Part shown: in pieces, positions 27,747-37,910 of the stretch
Numbering within the stretch: the first letter of the stretch is position 1
How the letters are laid out: the number at the start of each line of letters is the position of its first letter
Assembly (NCBI GenBank): GCA_035627515.1
Contig: DASPLQ010000012.1
Coordinates: 970,331 to 1,034,330 of the forward strand
DNA length: 64,000 nucleotides
Direction: 5' to 3'
From: Vitreimonas sp.
GTDB taxonomy: Bacteria > Patescibacteriota > Microgenomatia > UBA1400 > PJMF01
Translations under genes and position numbers: made by a program
The notes under the pieces: model-generated
Told to the model about the DNA's origin: nothing
Databases searched by the model: none
The model's input: the letters and a program-made list of their open reading frames with translations, nothing else

Positions 27747-28829
27747 ATGGCACAAACCACTCAAGCTGGCCTGACATTAACTGATTTAACGTATTTTGGA
27801 CGACAATTTGTCAAATATGGCATTATTACGGTTGTAGTACTGATTGTGGGCAGAACTTTATTAACTGCTTTCATTGCTTTTTGGAAAGCGACTCACCCTG
27901 CGCCACCGCCACCGCCTACGGTAGGTTTTGGCATTTTGCCAGCCATTAAGTTTCCTGCTCAAACTTCTGATGATAAGCCCGGGGCCTATGTGTTAGAAAC
28001 CGCCACTGGTACCACTCCAGATTTTGGTGACAGAGCACCTGTTTTATTTATGCCCAAATCGGCCGCCAGCTTATTAGCTGACCAACGTGCTCGCTCGATT
28101 GCAACAGCTTTTGAGTTTGGGAGTGAGCCAGAGGTTTTGGATTCTCGGACCTATCGATGGACTAAGTCCCAGCCGCTAGAATATGTTCTCGAAATGGATA
28201 TCCAAAATTACCATTTTGAGTTGACATCTGATTACTTGACTCGGCCTGAATTAATTACTGATTTAAACTTACCTGACAACTTCGAAGCCGTAGAAATGGT
28301 GAAGGGTTATTTGACGAATGTGGACTTGTTGCCGGAAGATATGGCCACAGCTGCGGGTGAAGTGACATATCTTAAGTCGATTGGTGGTCAGTTGCAGCAG
28401 GCTGTCTCGTTCTCCGATGCTGATTTCATTCAAGTTGATTTAAATCGCACACCTGTAGAGGATGCCTATCGAATGTACAGTCCTGAAGGGTACAAAGGGA
28501 CCGCGCATGCAGTGTTAGCGGGCACGAGTAATGGTCAGGGAGCGATCGTTCATTTTGAGTACCACTATAATCCTGCTGATAATTCTGAAGTTCATACCTA
28601 TCCAATCCGGACGTCACAATCAGCCTGGAAATTACTCCAAAGCGGAGAGGGTTTCATTGTTAATAAAGGTGCCGGCACGCGGGCAGTAATTCGCGATGTC
28701 GCCCTAGGCTACTTTGATAGCTTTGAAGAACAAGATTACTTACAACCTGTCTATGTGTTTAGTGGGGATGATGGCTTCTTGGCTTACGTCCCAGCGATTG
28801 ATCCTGAATTTATTCAGACTGGGCAGTAA
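27747..28829 (+). CDS. N-terminally membrane-anchored hypothetical protein (360 aa)
   Basis: One transmembrane helix, then a PPPPPT linker, then a soluble domain with no recognised family. Confidence 0.4.
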   Translation: MAQTTQAGLTLTDLTYFGRQFVKYGIITVVVLIVGRTLLTAFIAFWKATHPAPPPPPTVGFGILPAIKFPAQTSDDKPGAYVLETATGTTPDFGDRAPVLFMPKSAASLLADQRARSIATAFEFGSEPEVLDSRTYRWTKSQPLEYVLEMDIQNYHFELTSDYLTRPELITDLNLPDNFEAVEMVKGYLTNVDLLPEDMATAAGEVTYLKSIGGQLQQAVSFSDADFIQVDLNRTPVEDAYRMYSPEGYKGTAHAVLAGTSNGQGAIVHFEYHYNPADNSEVHTYPIRTSQSAWKLLQSGEGFIVNKGAGTRAVIRDVALGYFDSFEEQDYLQPVYVFSGDDGFLAYVPAIDPEFIQTGQ

Positions 28830-28886
28830 TTTGACAGTGCTGAACCTGCGGTTTTGTCTCTGAAAAGGCTGGTATAATTACTCGAT

Positions 28887-30332
28887 ATGTCAACCTCTAC
28901 TCCCATTCGGACGCGGATTGCGCCCAGCCCTACTGGCATTGCTCACGTAGGCACAGCCTGGATGTCTATTTTTGATTTAGCGTTAGCTCAGCAGAGTGGC
29001 GGTCAGTTTTTGGTGCGAATTGAAGATACTGATCGTAGCCGGTTTGTAGAGGGAGCAGAAGAAAAAATTTATGAGGCGTTTAAGTGGTTAGGAATTACGT
29101 ACGATGAGGGTGGGGAAGTTGGGGGGCAGTATGGTCCCTATAAGCAGTCTCAGCGCTTAGATATTTATCAAGAGTATATCAACATATTGTTGTCTAAGGA
29201 TTTGGCTTACCACTGTTTTTGTACGCCACAGCGGTTGGAAGAGATGCGCAATGCGCAGCGCCAAGCTGGCCAGCTACCCAAGTATGATGGTCATTGTCGT
29301 CAATTGTCTCGTCAAGAGATTGAGAACAAAACTGACGCCGGTGAGCCGTATGTGATCCGCTTGAAGGTGCCTACTGAAGGCAAAATTTCTTGGAACGATG
29401 CCATTCGTGGTGAGATTGAGTTTGATCTCACTCAAGTCGATGACCAAGTTTTGATTAAATCTGATCGTTTTCCTACGTATCACTTTGCGGTGGTCATAGA
29501 TGATCACTTGATGAATATTACACACGTACTACGCGGTGAAGAGTGGATTAGCAGTACCCCCAAACATTTGCTTTTGTATCAAGCTTTTGAGTGGCAGCCA
29601 CCAGTGTTTGCTCATATGCCGTTGATTAGAAATGCTGACAAAAGTAAGTTATCAAAGCGCAAAAATGACGTTTCAATTCTTAGTTATCGAGACAAAGGCT
29701 ATTTGCCTGAAGCATTATTAAATTTTATTGCTTTGTTAGGCTGGTCGCATCCTGAAGGGAAAGAAATTTTTTCGTTCCAAGAATTCTTACAAGTCATGTC
29801 ACTTGATCGGATTCAGAAAACTGGTCCCATTTTTGATACTCAAAAATTGGACTGGATGAATGGTCAATATATTCGCAGTCTGAGCCCGGAAGAACTCAAA
29901 GTCCGGCTCGAGCCCTATTTACCAGCTGACTTCCCTCAGGAAAAATTTGACGTTATTTTACCGTTAGTGTTTGATCGCCTGGTGACACTCCGAGATATTG
30001 AAGAGTTCACCACCTTTTTTTACCGAGACATCGAGATTGATCAAACCTTGTTACTCAAGAAATCTATAGCCGAGGAAGTTAGTTCTCAGCTGAGTGCTAC
30101 CCTCGAGAAGATGCAAACCGTTTCTGAATGGACACATGAGGCACTGGAGGCCGCCATCCGTGAGCTGCAAGCCGCCCATGATTGGAAGAAAAGCCAATAC
30201 TTTATGATGGTGCGTATTGCTGTCACCGGTCGCCAAGCCACCCCACCCCTGTTTGAAACTATGGCAGTGTTGGGTAAAGAAGTGGTTTTAGCTCGTTTGC
30301 AACAAGCCCACGCTGTAGCCAGTAGTACTTAA
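28887..30332 (+). CDS. gltX: Glutamyl-tRNA synthetase
   Basis: HIGH motif PSPTGIAHVGTA. KMSKS motif KLSKRK. Class I fold signature. Confidence 0.85.
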   Translation: MSTSTPIRTRIAPSPTGIAHVGTAWMSIFDLALAQQSGGQFLVRIEDTDRSRFVEGAEEKIYEAFKWLGITYDEGGEVGGQYGPYKQSQRLDIYQEYINILLSKDLAYHCFCTPQRLEEMRNAQRQAGQLPKYDGHCRQLSRQEIENKTDAGEPYVIRLKVPTEGKISWNDAIRGEIEFDLTQVDDQVLIKSDRFPTYHFAVVIDDHLMNITHVLRGEEWISSTPKHLLLYQAFEWQPPVFAHMPLIRNADKSKLSKRKNDVSILSYRDKGYLPEALLNFIALLGWSHPEGKEIFSFQEFLQVMSLDRIQKTGPIFDTQKLDWMNGQYIRSLSPEELKVRLEPYLPADFPQEKFDVILPLVFDRLVTLRDIEEFTTFFYRDIEIDQTLLLKKSIAEEVSSQLSATLEKMQTVSEWTHEALEAAIRELQAAHDWKKSQYFMMVRIAVTGRQATPPLFETMAVLGKEVVLARLQQAHAVASST

Positions 30333-30364
30333 ACGCTAGTCGACCTGATACACTTATTCTGCCC

Positions 30365-31315
30365 ATGTCAAAGTCGCTTACTCCTCCCCAATTGCTGGCC
30401 TTACAGCGACTATATCAACAGGCTAAGACCCGTTACGAGACCAAGGTCGATGTCTTCAAAGAGTGGGTAAAAGACCACCAGCCGGCAGACTTCGATCTCA
30501 AAACTGCTTCCCAACAAACCCTGGCTGTGTTGTCATTTGCTGGACAGGTGGCGATGAACCAGCCCGTCAATGCTCACGTCATGGAGCAAGTCCAAGCCGC
30601 TGAAGCGACGTCTTTAACGCCGTTAATTAGCTCGATTACTCAGGAAGAGCACCAAGCCATCATCGATAAAATGGTCAGCTTTGTCCAATTGCCAGCGGGG
30701 CATTTAAATACCCAAGATGAGTTGTACCTAGAGCAACAGCTGAGCGATATATTGGGATTTGAGGTCATGGCTGAGTTAGAGGGGAATCGTCTCAATCACT
30801 CAATTGGCATTATGGGGGGTGAACAACATCTGAAACGTTTTCCCACTGATACCTTGGATCAGCATGATGCGTATCGCGAAGCTGGAATTGCACCTAACCG
30901 AGGAGCTTTTGGTTGGTTTACGGAGCAAGCCCAACTGACTGATAAAGCTATTCAGCGTGAGAAATACTACTTTGCTGTTCAAACGTTATATTTACCTAAT
31001 TGGAATACTGACCACCCTCGTCTCAAAGAGTGGTACAAATTCCGCAAGATGATCGTCATTAACCCTGCAGAACAAGTAGCGGTAGTCGGAGTGGTGGGTG
31101 ATGCGGGTCCCGCCAAATGGGTTCAAAAACAGTATGGCGGTTCACCCGAAATTATTCGCGAAGGTAAAATTTGGAGTCGGGAGAGTCGTGGCCGCGTCAT
31201 CTTATTGTTTGTCAATGATCCTGAGGATAAAATCCCCTTAGGTCCCATTAGTCTTGATTTTGCTAAGGTGATTGAGAAACAAATGGCTGACCAGGGAGAG
31301 GAGGCGCATGAGTAA
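30365..31315 (+). CDS. Hypothetical protein (316 aa) in the gltX-ybeY operon
   Basis: No clear family. C-terminal KMIVINPAEQVAVVGVVGDAGPAKW is weakly DPBB/RlpA-like (speculative). Confidence 0.4.
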   Translation: MSKSLTPPQLLALQRLYQQAKTRYETKVDVFKEWVKDHQPADFDLKTASQQTLAVLSFAGQVAMNQPVNAHVMEQVQAAEATSLTPLISSITQEEHQAIIDKMVSFVQLPAGHLNTQDELYLEQQLSDILGFEVMAELEGNRLNHSIGIMGGEQHLKRFPTDTLDQHDAYREAGIAPNRGAFGWFTEQAQLTDKAIQREKYYFAVQTLYLPNWNTDHPRLKEWYKFRKMIVINPAEQVAVVGVVGDAGPAKWVQKQYGGSPEIIREGKIWSRESRGRVILLFVNDPEDKIPLGPISLDFAKVIEKQMADQGEEAHE

Positions 31316-31787
31316 GGTTAGAGAAATGTTTGGTACGTTTGGTCAGCACGAAGTTTCTGCCTTGGAGTCGCCGGTGGTGGTTGAGTACATGAGTAAACTG
31401 GATGTTCCAGAAGCAGCTAAAAGTCAGATCAAAAATTTGTTCAACATTTGGATTAAGGATGCGTTGCAAACAGCTTTTAATGCTAGCCTTCCTCGAGATA
31501 TAAAGCTTGATCAAGCTATGACTAATAATTACAAAGTGCGGGGGGAAACATTCCAACAAATGCTAGAAACAGAGCCAATGGTATCGCTCGAAAAGCTGGC
31601 TGAATATTTGCCAGATCAAGATATTAACACTTTAATTAAAACCTATTTTGATGACCATTGGTCAGAGCTGACTCAAGCTTTGGAGGTGAGCGAGACCACG
31701 ACCACGCCCATAGCAGCTGATATTTCAGAGCATACAGTTATCACTGGCCAGTTCGATTCTCAATCAAATACAGATAAAGCAGCATGA
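31308..31787 (+). CDS. Hypothetical protein (159 aa), translationally coupled to its neighbours
   Basis: Start MSKVREMF at 31308 with RBS GGAGAGGAGG. The ATGAGTAA overlap with the upstream stop makes this preferable to the track start at 31272. Confidence 0.4.
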   Translation: MSKVREMFGTFGQHEVSALESPVVVEYMSKLDVPEAAKSQIKNLFNIWIKDALQTAFNASLPRDIKLDQAMTNNYKVRGETFQQMLETEPMVSLEKLAEYLPDQDINTLIKTYFDDHWSELTQALEVSETTTTPIAADISEHTVITGQFDSQSNTDKAA

Positions 31788-32173
31788 TAGTCACTAATTT
31801 ATTTATTGGTTCACGATTTCCTGTTGATCGAAAGTTATTACGAGCGACTGTGGAGCGTGTGCTCAAGTCACACAAAGTTCAACACGCTCAGGTGGACGTT
31901 TCCGTTGTGGGAGCCCGCAAGATTAAACAACTTAACGAATCTGAACTCAAACATGAAGGCGAGACAGATGTGTTGTCTTTTCCTCAACATGAGCGCCATA
32001 AATTGGGAGATTTTCCTTTGCCAGAAGGCATGCCACCACACCTGGGAGATATAGTAATTAGTTTTCCCGAAGCGGTCCAATCTGCTAAACGGTTTGGGAA
32101 GCGTGTGGATGAACAAATTGCCTTTTATCTCGAACATGGCTTGATGCATCTGCTTGGTTACCATCACGACTAA
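31784..32173 (+). CDS. ybeY: rRNA maturation endoribonuclease YbeY
   Basis: 129 aa. C-terminal zinc motif HGLMHLLGYHHD matches H..H.[LM]GYDH. ATGA overlap with the upstream gene. Confidence 0.75.
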   Translation: MIVTNLFIGSRFPVDRKLLRATVERVLKSHKVQHAQVDVSVVGARKIKQLNESELKHEGETDVLSFPQHERHKLGDFPLPEGMPPHLGDIVISFPEAVQSAKRFGKRVDEQIAFYLEHGLMHLLGYHHD

Positions 32174-32225
32174 TTTTTCAAGTCTTGACGCAGACTAGGT
32201 TTCCAGCGGCATAATGAGGGAGAGA

Positions 32226-32267
32226 AAAATCCAAAATCCAAAATCCAAAATCCAAAATCAAAAATCA
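32226..32267 (+). repeat. Tandem heptamer repeat (AAAATCC)4(AAAATCA)2 in the dnaX upstream region
   Basis: Directly read: aaaatccaaaatccaaaatccaaaatccaaaatcaaaaatca. A second short direct repeat aatttgtaatttgtaat lies at about 32320..32336. Confidence 0.85.
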
Positions 32268-32341
32268 AAAAAAATAAAAATCCAGGAATCCTCAGTCAAT
32301 AAGTTAGTATCTACTTTTTGGAATTTGTAATTTGTAATACT

Positions 32342-34033
32342 ATGTCTTGGTATCGTAAATATCGCCCCACTACTATTGCAGGTTTGCACTTAACCACAGT
32401 GCGTGAGACCTTCAAAAAATTAATGTCCCAAGGGCAATTGCCACAGGTGTTATTATTTGCCGGTTCCAAGGGTACCGGAAAAACTTCTACCTCACGGATT
32501 TTAGCGGCCATGCTTAATGATCCTGCTAATGAAGCAGCCGTGATGCATAATTTTTTGCTCCCACAGGCTGGTAAGGCTGCTCCTTATCAGGAGCCTGATG
32601 CCGATAATGAATTAGTTAAGCGAATTCAGACTGGGAATTCATTAGTAGTGAGAGAGATGGATGCGGCCAGCAATCGAGGTATTGATGACGTCCGGCAACT
32701 CAAAGAACAGTTAGTGTTACCACCGGCTGAAGGCAAGATGGTGGTGTATATCCTCGATGAAGTGCATATGTTGACCACCGAGGCTTTTAACGCACTGTTA
32801 AAAGTTTTGGAAGAACCTCCCCGACACGTGGTCTTTATTTTAGCGACCACAGAACAGCACAAAATTCCTGCCACCATTTTATCCCGGTGTACGATTATTA
32901 CGTTTGCTAAAGCCAGCACCGAGGAAATTAGTACGGCTTTAAAATACGTGCTCACGCAAGAAAAGATTACTTTTGATGAAGCTGGGGTGATGCGCTTGGC
33001 AGAGTTTGCGGAAGGTAGTTTTCGAGATGCCATTAAATGGCTGGAGCTGGTGGCTACTAAGCAAGGTGAAGTCACGCTGAGCAGTGTGGAAAAAGAAATT
33101 GGTGGCACTTTGGCTGGTTATCTGGAAGAATTGATTGCCGCCATCTTAGATAAAGATGAGCACCGGGTAGTGAAGCTGTTTGGGAGCTTACGACAAGATA
33201 ATATCGAAGTCACGTTTTTTTACAAACAACTATGTGGCTTACTCCATCGCACGTTATTGCAAGCTTTGGGCATTGAAGCTGGTAAACCTGTAGTGAGTGA
33301 ACGAGTCGCGCACTTTCTATTACAAGAGTTTTTAACTGTCTCAGCATCATTAGTGACAGCTCTGCCTTTTTTAGCTCTGGAAGTAAAAGCGCTTGAGTTA
33401 GTTTGGAGAGCTAAAGATAAACAAGCTGCCCCGAAATCTTCTCCGCCGAGTGTTAAACCCAGCCCTGCTCCTTACAAAACTGAGCCGCAGCCAACGGGCA
33501 GATTCATTGCTAGTCCAGCAGAGGAAAAATTAAGCCCCAGTCCTATCCCTGTTAAAAATGACACCACCACGGAAATGCCAGCAGACTTTATCACCGAACC
33601 AGTACACCCGATCAGTCCTGATTCTTCTATCATGAGTGACAACATCATAGTGCCATCAGCTGGTGATGCAGCGGTTCTTCTCAGCAAATGGCAAGATTTC
33701 TTGGAGGGCGTCAAACAACGCAACTCGTCTTTGGCAGCCATTTTAGGTTCTTCCAGACCAACTTTAGGAGAAAACGGCTCAGCAGTGATTCAGGTTTTTT
33801 ATAAATTTCATAAAGATCAACTCCAGCAACCTAAGTTCATGAAGATGGTGCAGGATGCGATTGTCGGCTTGGTGGGGGAGCCAGTGAATCTGGAATTTGT
33901 CTTAGCCACTTTACCGGCACCTGAGACCATTCCCAGTGCTTCGGCACCAGTTGCCACAGGCGTGATGACAGGCGCCGCTCAACTCCCTCCAGCACAAGAT
34001 TTATCCGCTCTAGCCGCTGAAGTCTTAGTGTAG
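32342..34033 (+). CDS. dnaX: DNA polymerase III subunit gamma/tau
   Basis: MSWYRKYRP start. Walker A GSKGTGKTSTSRILA. DEVHML box. SRC motif ILSRCT. Followed by ybaB as in many bacteria. Confidence 0.85.
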   Translation: MSWYRKYRPTTIAGLHLTTVRETFKKLMSQGQLPQVLLFAGSKGTGKTSTSRILAAMLNDPANEAAVMHNFLLPQAGKAAPYQEPDADNELVKRIQTGNSLVVREMDAASNRGIDDVRQLKEQLVLPPAEGKMVVYILDEVHMLTTEAFNALLKVLEEPPRHVVFILATTEQHKIPATILSRCTIITFAKASTEEISTALKYVLTQEKITFDEAGVMRLAEFAEGSFRDAIKWLELVATKQGEVTLSSVEKEIGGTLAGYLEELIAAILDKDEHRVVKLFGSLRQDNIEVTFFYKQLCGLLHRTLLQALGIEAGKPVVSERVAHFLLQEFLTVSASLVTALPFLALEVKALELVWRAKDKQAAPKSSPPSVKPSPAPYKTEPQPTGRFIASPAEEKLSPSPIPVKNDTTTEMPADFITEPVHPISPDSSIMSDNIIVPSAGDAAVLLSKWQDFLEGVKQRNSSLAAILGSSRPTLGENGSAVIQVFYKFHKDQLQQPKFMKMVQDAIVGLVGEPVNLEFVLATLPAPETIPSASAPVATGVMTGAAQLPPAQDLSALAAEVLV

Positions 34034-34068
34034 TAGAATGTGGCGCATACGCATACATAAGGAGAGAT

Positions 34069-34359
34069 ATGAATAACCCTTTTAAAGCTTTAGGTGACTT
34101 AAATCAACTTCGTCAGCAAGCTAAAAAAATGCAACAAGACTTAGCAGCTGAAGAAATTGTGATTGAAGAAGGCGATATTCGCGTTGTTATTTCTGGTGAT
34201 CAAAAAATCAAGCAATTTTCAGTTCAAGGCATAACTAGCCAAGAAGCCATTGATGTTCTCAATCAAGCTATTAAAAAATCTCAAGAATTAGCTGCTCGCA
34301 AATTACAAGAGATGACGGGTGGTTTAGGTGGTTTATTAGGTGGTAATAAAGCCGCTTAA
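34069..34359 (+). CDS. ybaB: Nucleoid-associated protein YbaB/EbfC
   Basis: RBS AAGGAGAG. 96 aa. LGDLNQLRQQAKKMQQDL...GDIRVVISGDQKIKQFSV is typical. Confidence 0.8.
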   Translation: MNNPFKALGDLNQLRQQAKKMQQDLAAEEIVIEEGDIRVVISGDQKIKQFSVQGITSQEAIDVLNQAIKKSQELAARKLQEMTGGLGGLLGGNKAA

Positions 34360-34365
34360 CGATCC

Positions 34366-34962
34366 ATGCAGCTCGTTTTGGCCACTCAAAACGCTCATAA
34401 ATTGGCTGAAGTTCAAGCCATTCTCAACTTGCCTGATGTGACTCTGCTGAGTGCGGCTGAAGTGCCGGGATTAGCTGAGTTTGACGTAGAAGAAACTGGT
34501 CAAACCTTTCATGCCAATGCCCTCCTTAAAGCTCAAGCTTTTGCCGAAAAATCCGGTTTGGTAGCTTTAGCAGATGACTCTGGATTAGCGGTGACCGCTT
34601 TGAATGGACAACCCGGTGTCTGGTCCAAACGTTTCGTTCCTGGTAGTGATCATGACCGTAATCAAGAAATTTTACGATTGCTAGGTAATAAAACTGATCG
34701 TTCAGCTAAATTTGTATCTGTGTTATGTTTATATGATCCTGTCCAAACTCATGCTGAGTATTTTGTGGGTGAAGTAAATGGCCATATCGGTAACTCTGAA
34801 AAGGGAACTCAAGGTTTTGGTTACGATCCGCTCTTTATTCCGGAAGGTTACGAACAAAGCTTTGGTGAACTCGGAGCAGAAACCAAAAACAAATTGAGCC
34901 ACCGGGCTCGAGCTATCGAAAAACTCAAAGTGTGGTTAAAAGCCCACCTGTCAGCTCGGTAG
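34366..34962 (+). CDS. rdgB: Non-canonical purine NTP pyrophosphatase (RdgB/Ham1 family)
   Basis: LVLATQNAHKLAEVQAIL...GFGYDPLFIPEGYEQSFGEL..K..SHRARA signature. Confidence 0.8.
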   Translation: MQLVLATQNAHKLAEVQAILNLPDVTLLSAAEVPGLAEFDVEETGQTFHANALLKAQAFAEKSGLVALADDSGLAVTALNGQPGVWSKRFVPGSDHDRNQEILRLLGNKTDRSAKFVSVLCLYDPVQTHAEYFVGEVNGHIGNSEKGTQGFGYDPLFIPEGYEQSFGELGAETKNKLSHRARAIEKLKVWLKAHLSAR

Positions 34963-35044
34963 GTACTCGCCCAGTGGTTGAAACAATTACTCATACGTCC
35001 GCCAACTGGTCGGGCGGACTTAATTACTTAATTCAAGGATTTTT

Positions 35045-36256
35045 ATGTCTGATTCGTACGTACCATCAACTGATATTTTACGCAAATATGCTGAAGTGAT
35101 GATTAAGTATGCCCTCAATGGTGGCAAAGGTGTCAAAAAGGGCGAAGTAGTCCAGTTGGTGGTGCCGGATGTAGCCAAGGCCCTCGCCCGCGAACTCCAC
35201 AATGCCACGCTCCGCGCTGGAGCTCACCCCATGTTGCGCATTTTACCTACTGGCTTTGATAAAGACTTTTACGACCTGGCAAGTGACGATCAATTGACCT
35301 TTTTCCCTCAGAAATACATGAAAGCCCGAGTAGATGTTTTGGATCACCAAGTAGTGGTAATTGCCGATGTCGATCCCGAAGAACTGAAAGACGTCCCATC
35401 CAGTAAAATTATCAAAGGCCGAGATTCTAAACGTAAGTATCGAGAGTGGCTAGTTGAAAAAGAGACCAACGGCAAGTTTACCTGGACGATTGCATTATGG
35501 GGAGTGGAAGCTAAAGCAAAAGAAGTTGGGTTGTCTCTAGAAGAATATTGGCAACAAATTATTAACGCGTGTTTCTTAGATAAAGAAGATCCAGTAGCAG
35601 AGTGGAAAAAAGTGCAAAGCTTCCAAGAAACCATTCTTAAAAAGCTTAATGATATGGAAATTGAGTGGGTTCACGCTGTAGGTCCTGACATGGATATTAA
35701 GTTTAAATTGGGGAGCGATCGGATTTGGCAAGGTGGGAGTGGCCGTAACATTCCTAGCTTCGAGTTTTTTACCTCACCAGATTGGAGAGGAACTGAAGGC
35801 TGGATTGAGTTCAATCAACCTGTTTATCGTTACGGCAAAATCTTACGTGATGTACGCCTTGAATTTAAAGATGGTTTAGTGAGTTATGCTAAAGCCAAAG
35901 TCGGTGATGACCTGCTACAAGAAATGCTGAAAAGTCCCAATGCCAATAAAGTGGGAGAGTATTCATTAACTGACAAACGTATTTCTCGCATTACTCACGT
36001 TATGGCTGAGACACTATTTGATGAAAATATTAGTGGCCCATATGGCAATACTCACCTGGCTATCGGTATGGCATATAAGGATTGTTATCGAGGTGATGCC
36101 TCCACGCTGAGCAAGCAAGACTGGGAAGAACGAGGGTTCAATGATTCGGCTGAACATACCGACATTGTGTCCACCACGGATCGCACAGTCACTGCTACGC
36201 TCAAAGATGGTTCTCAAGCAGTCATTTATAAAGATGGCATGTTTACGCTATACTAA
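35045..36256 (+). CDS. Aminopeptidase, M29 family (AmpS/PepS-like)
   Basis: 403 aa. N-terminus LRKYAEVMIKYALNGGKGVKKGEVVQLV, with His/Glu/Asp-rich metal-binding regions as in M29. Confidence 0.65.
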   Translation: MSDSYVPSTDILRKYAEVMIKYALNGGKGVKKGEVVQLVVPDVAKALARELHNATLRAGAHPMLRILPTGFDKDFYDLASDDQLTFFPQKYMKARVDVLDHQVVVIADVDPEELKDVPSSKIIKGRDSKRKYREWLVEKETNGKFTWTIALWGVEAKAKEVGLSLEEYWQQIINACFLDKEDPVAEWKKVQSFQETILKKLNDMEIEWVHAVGPDMDIKFKLGSDRIWQGGSGRNIPSFEFFTSPDWRGTEGWIEFNQPVYRYGKILRDVRLEFKDGLVSYAKAKVGDDLLQEMLKSPNANKVGEYSLTDKRISRITHVMAETLFDENISGPYGNTHLAIGMAYKDCYRGDASTLSKQDWEERGFNDSAEHTDIVSTTDRTVTATLKDGSQAVIYKDGMFTLY

Positions 36257-36261
36257 ACCCC

Positions 36262-37896
36262 ATGTCTACTGCCCCTATCGCTTATTTTTGCGCCGAGTTT
36301 GGTATTGAATCTAAACTGCCCCTGTATGCCGGTGGCCTGGGGATTCTAGCAGGTGACACCTTAAAGCAAGCTGCTGATCTACAACTGCCCTTGGTGGGAA
36401 TTGGTTTATTATATCGAGGTGAAGGTTTTGTACAGCAGATCTCACCTGAAGGAGTGCAAACCGAGCTTGACGCAGACTTTGACCCCGTTCGTGATGGCTT
36501 AGAGCACGTTTATGTAGATGAGATGCCGCTGTTTATTAAAGTCCACCTCACAGAGCTGGATGTATGGTGCCGATGCTGGAAAAAGACCTTGTCACCGACC
36601 GTCACGCTGTATTTGCTGGATACAGAAACTGACCAAAATGAACTCAATGAACGCAGCATCACCCACCTTCTCTACAGTGGGACTGAAGAGTCAGTGATTA
36701 AACAACACTTAATTTTAGGAATTGGAGGCGTGAAGTTGCTCCATGCTCTGAATATTCACCCGCGTTTGTATCATGTTCAGGAAGGTCGGCCAGCATTATT
36801 ACATTGGCAACTAGTACGGTCGTATATGGAAGAACATGGCTTAAGCTTTGAAGAAGCTCGTAATCAAGCCAAGACAAAAACTGTTTATACCAACCATACT
36901 TTGGTATCGGCAGGTAATCAAAACTATGATGCTAATTTGTTGAAACGTTACGCCCAATACTATGCCGATAAACTGGGCGTGAGCGTGGAAACGCTCCTGC
37001 AACCTGGTTTAGAAAATGAGCCTGATCGGTTTTACGTAACTCGTTTTGCGTTAAATACCTCGCGCAAAGCCTCAGGAGTCAGTCAACTCCACACTAAACT
37101 TTCTCAGTCGAGTTGGCCAGAGTATTCGTGGGTGAATATCACCAATGGTGTACATCTCCCCACCTGGCAAGATACCGAGATGCCATCCTTGGTGGCTCAA
37201 CCTCGCCAACTATGGGAGCGACACTTACACCTAAAGCGCTCGACGATGGAATACATTCAGCGTCGCACTGGTTATGGATACAATCCTGAGGCTTTAGTCA
37301 TTACGTGGTCTCGGCGCTTAGCCGGCTATAAACGTTATGACGCCTTATTTTCTGAAATTGAGCAAGTGGCTGCACTCATGAAAAACTCACAACGTCCGGT
37401 CCAGCTGTTAATGGCTGGTAAGGCTCACCGCTTAGATAGCCAGGGCAAACAGCGGTTACAGGAAATTATTCAACACATGCAGCAAGAACTGGCAGGTTGT
37501 GCCTTATTTATTCCTAATTATGATATAGAGCTGGCGCAACACTTAGTACGAGGGTCAGACGTATGGTTAAACACTCCTGAGCTCGGAAAAGAAGCCTGTG
37601 GGACGTCAGGGATGAAAGCGATTAGTAATGGTGTGCTGCAGTGCTCGGTTTTGGACGGTTGGGCAGCAGAAGTAGATTGGTCAGGCATGGGATGGGCCCT
37701 TGATTCACAGCGAATTTCTGACTCAGTTTATGAAACTCTCAAAAACCAGATTGTGCCCACCTTCTTTGATCACCGCACAGCTGAAGATTTCTCACCACAA
37801 TGGATTGAGATGATGCAAAGGTCAATTGCCCTCAGCTCGCGATTCAGTGCTGGTAGAATGCTGCAAGAATATGAGACTTTGCTTTATAAAACGTAA
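36262..37896 (+). CDS. Alpha-glucan phosphorylase (GT35, short form)
   Basis: FCAEFGIES.LP.YAGGLGILAGD N-terminus. PLP-lysine region EACGTSGMKAISNGVLQCSVLDGW. Confidence 0.7.
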   Translation: MSTAPIAYFCAEFGIESKLPLYAGGLGILAGDTLKQAADLQLPLVGIGLLYRGEGFVQQISPEGVQTELDADFDPVRDGLEHVYVDEMPLFIKVHLTELDVWCRCWKKTLSPTVTLYLLDTETDQNELNERSITHLLYSGTEESVIKQHLILGIGGVKLLHALNIHPRLYHVQEGRPALLHWQLVRSYMEEHGLSFEEARNQAKTKTVYTNHTLVSAGNQNYDANLLKRYAQYYADKLGVSVETLLQPGLENEPDRFYVTRFALNTSRKASGVSQLHTKLSQSSWPEYSWVNITNGVHLPTWQDTEMPSLVAQPRQLWERHLHLKRSTMEYIQRRTGYGYNPEALVITWSRRLAGYKRYDALFSEIEQVAALMKNSQRPVQLLMAGKAHRLDSQGKQRLQEIIQHMQQELAGCALFIPNYDIELAQHLVRGSDVWLNTPELGKEACGTSGMKAISNGVLQCSVLDGWAAEVDWSGMGWALDSQRISDSVYETLKNQIVPTFFDHRTAEDFSPQWIEMMQRSIALSSRFSAGRMLQEYETLLYKT

Positions 37897-37910
37897 TGTC
37901 TTTACTGGTT

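Noticed and set aside
31272-31787. Track start at 31272 (MRNKWLTRERRRM...) for the 159-aa gene
   Set aside because: The downstream ATG at 31308 has a strong RBS and a classic ATGAGTAA stop/start overlap. The longer N-terminus would overlap 44 nt of the upstream gene without support.
32342-34033. Programmed -1 frameshift site in dnaX (A AAA AAG heptamer) to make a gamma subunit
   Set aside because: Only GAAAAAG (five A residues) and a T7 run were found, with no canonical slippery heptamer plus downstream stem-loop. It cannot be supported.
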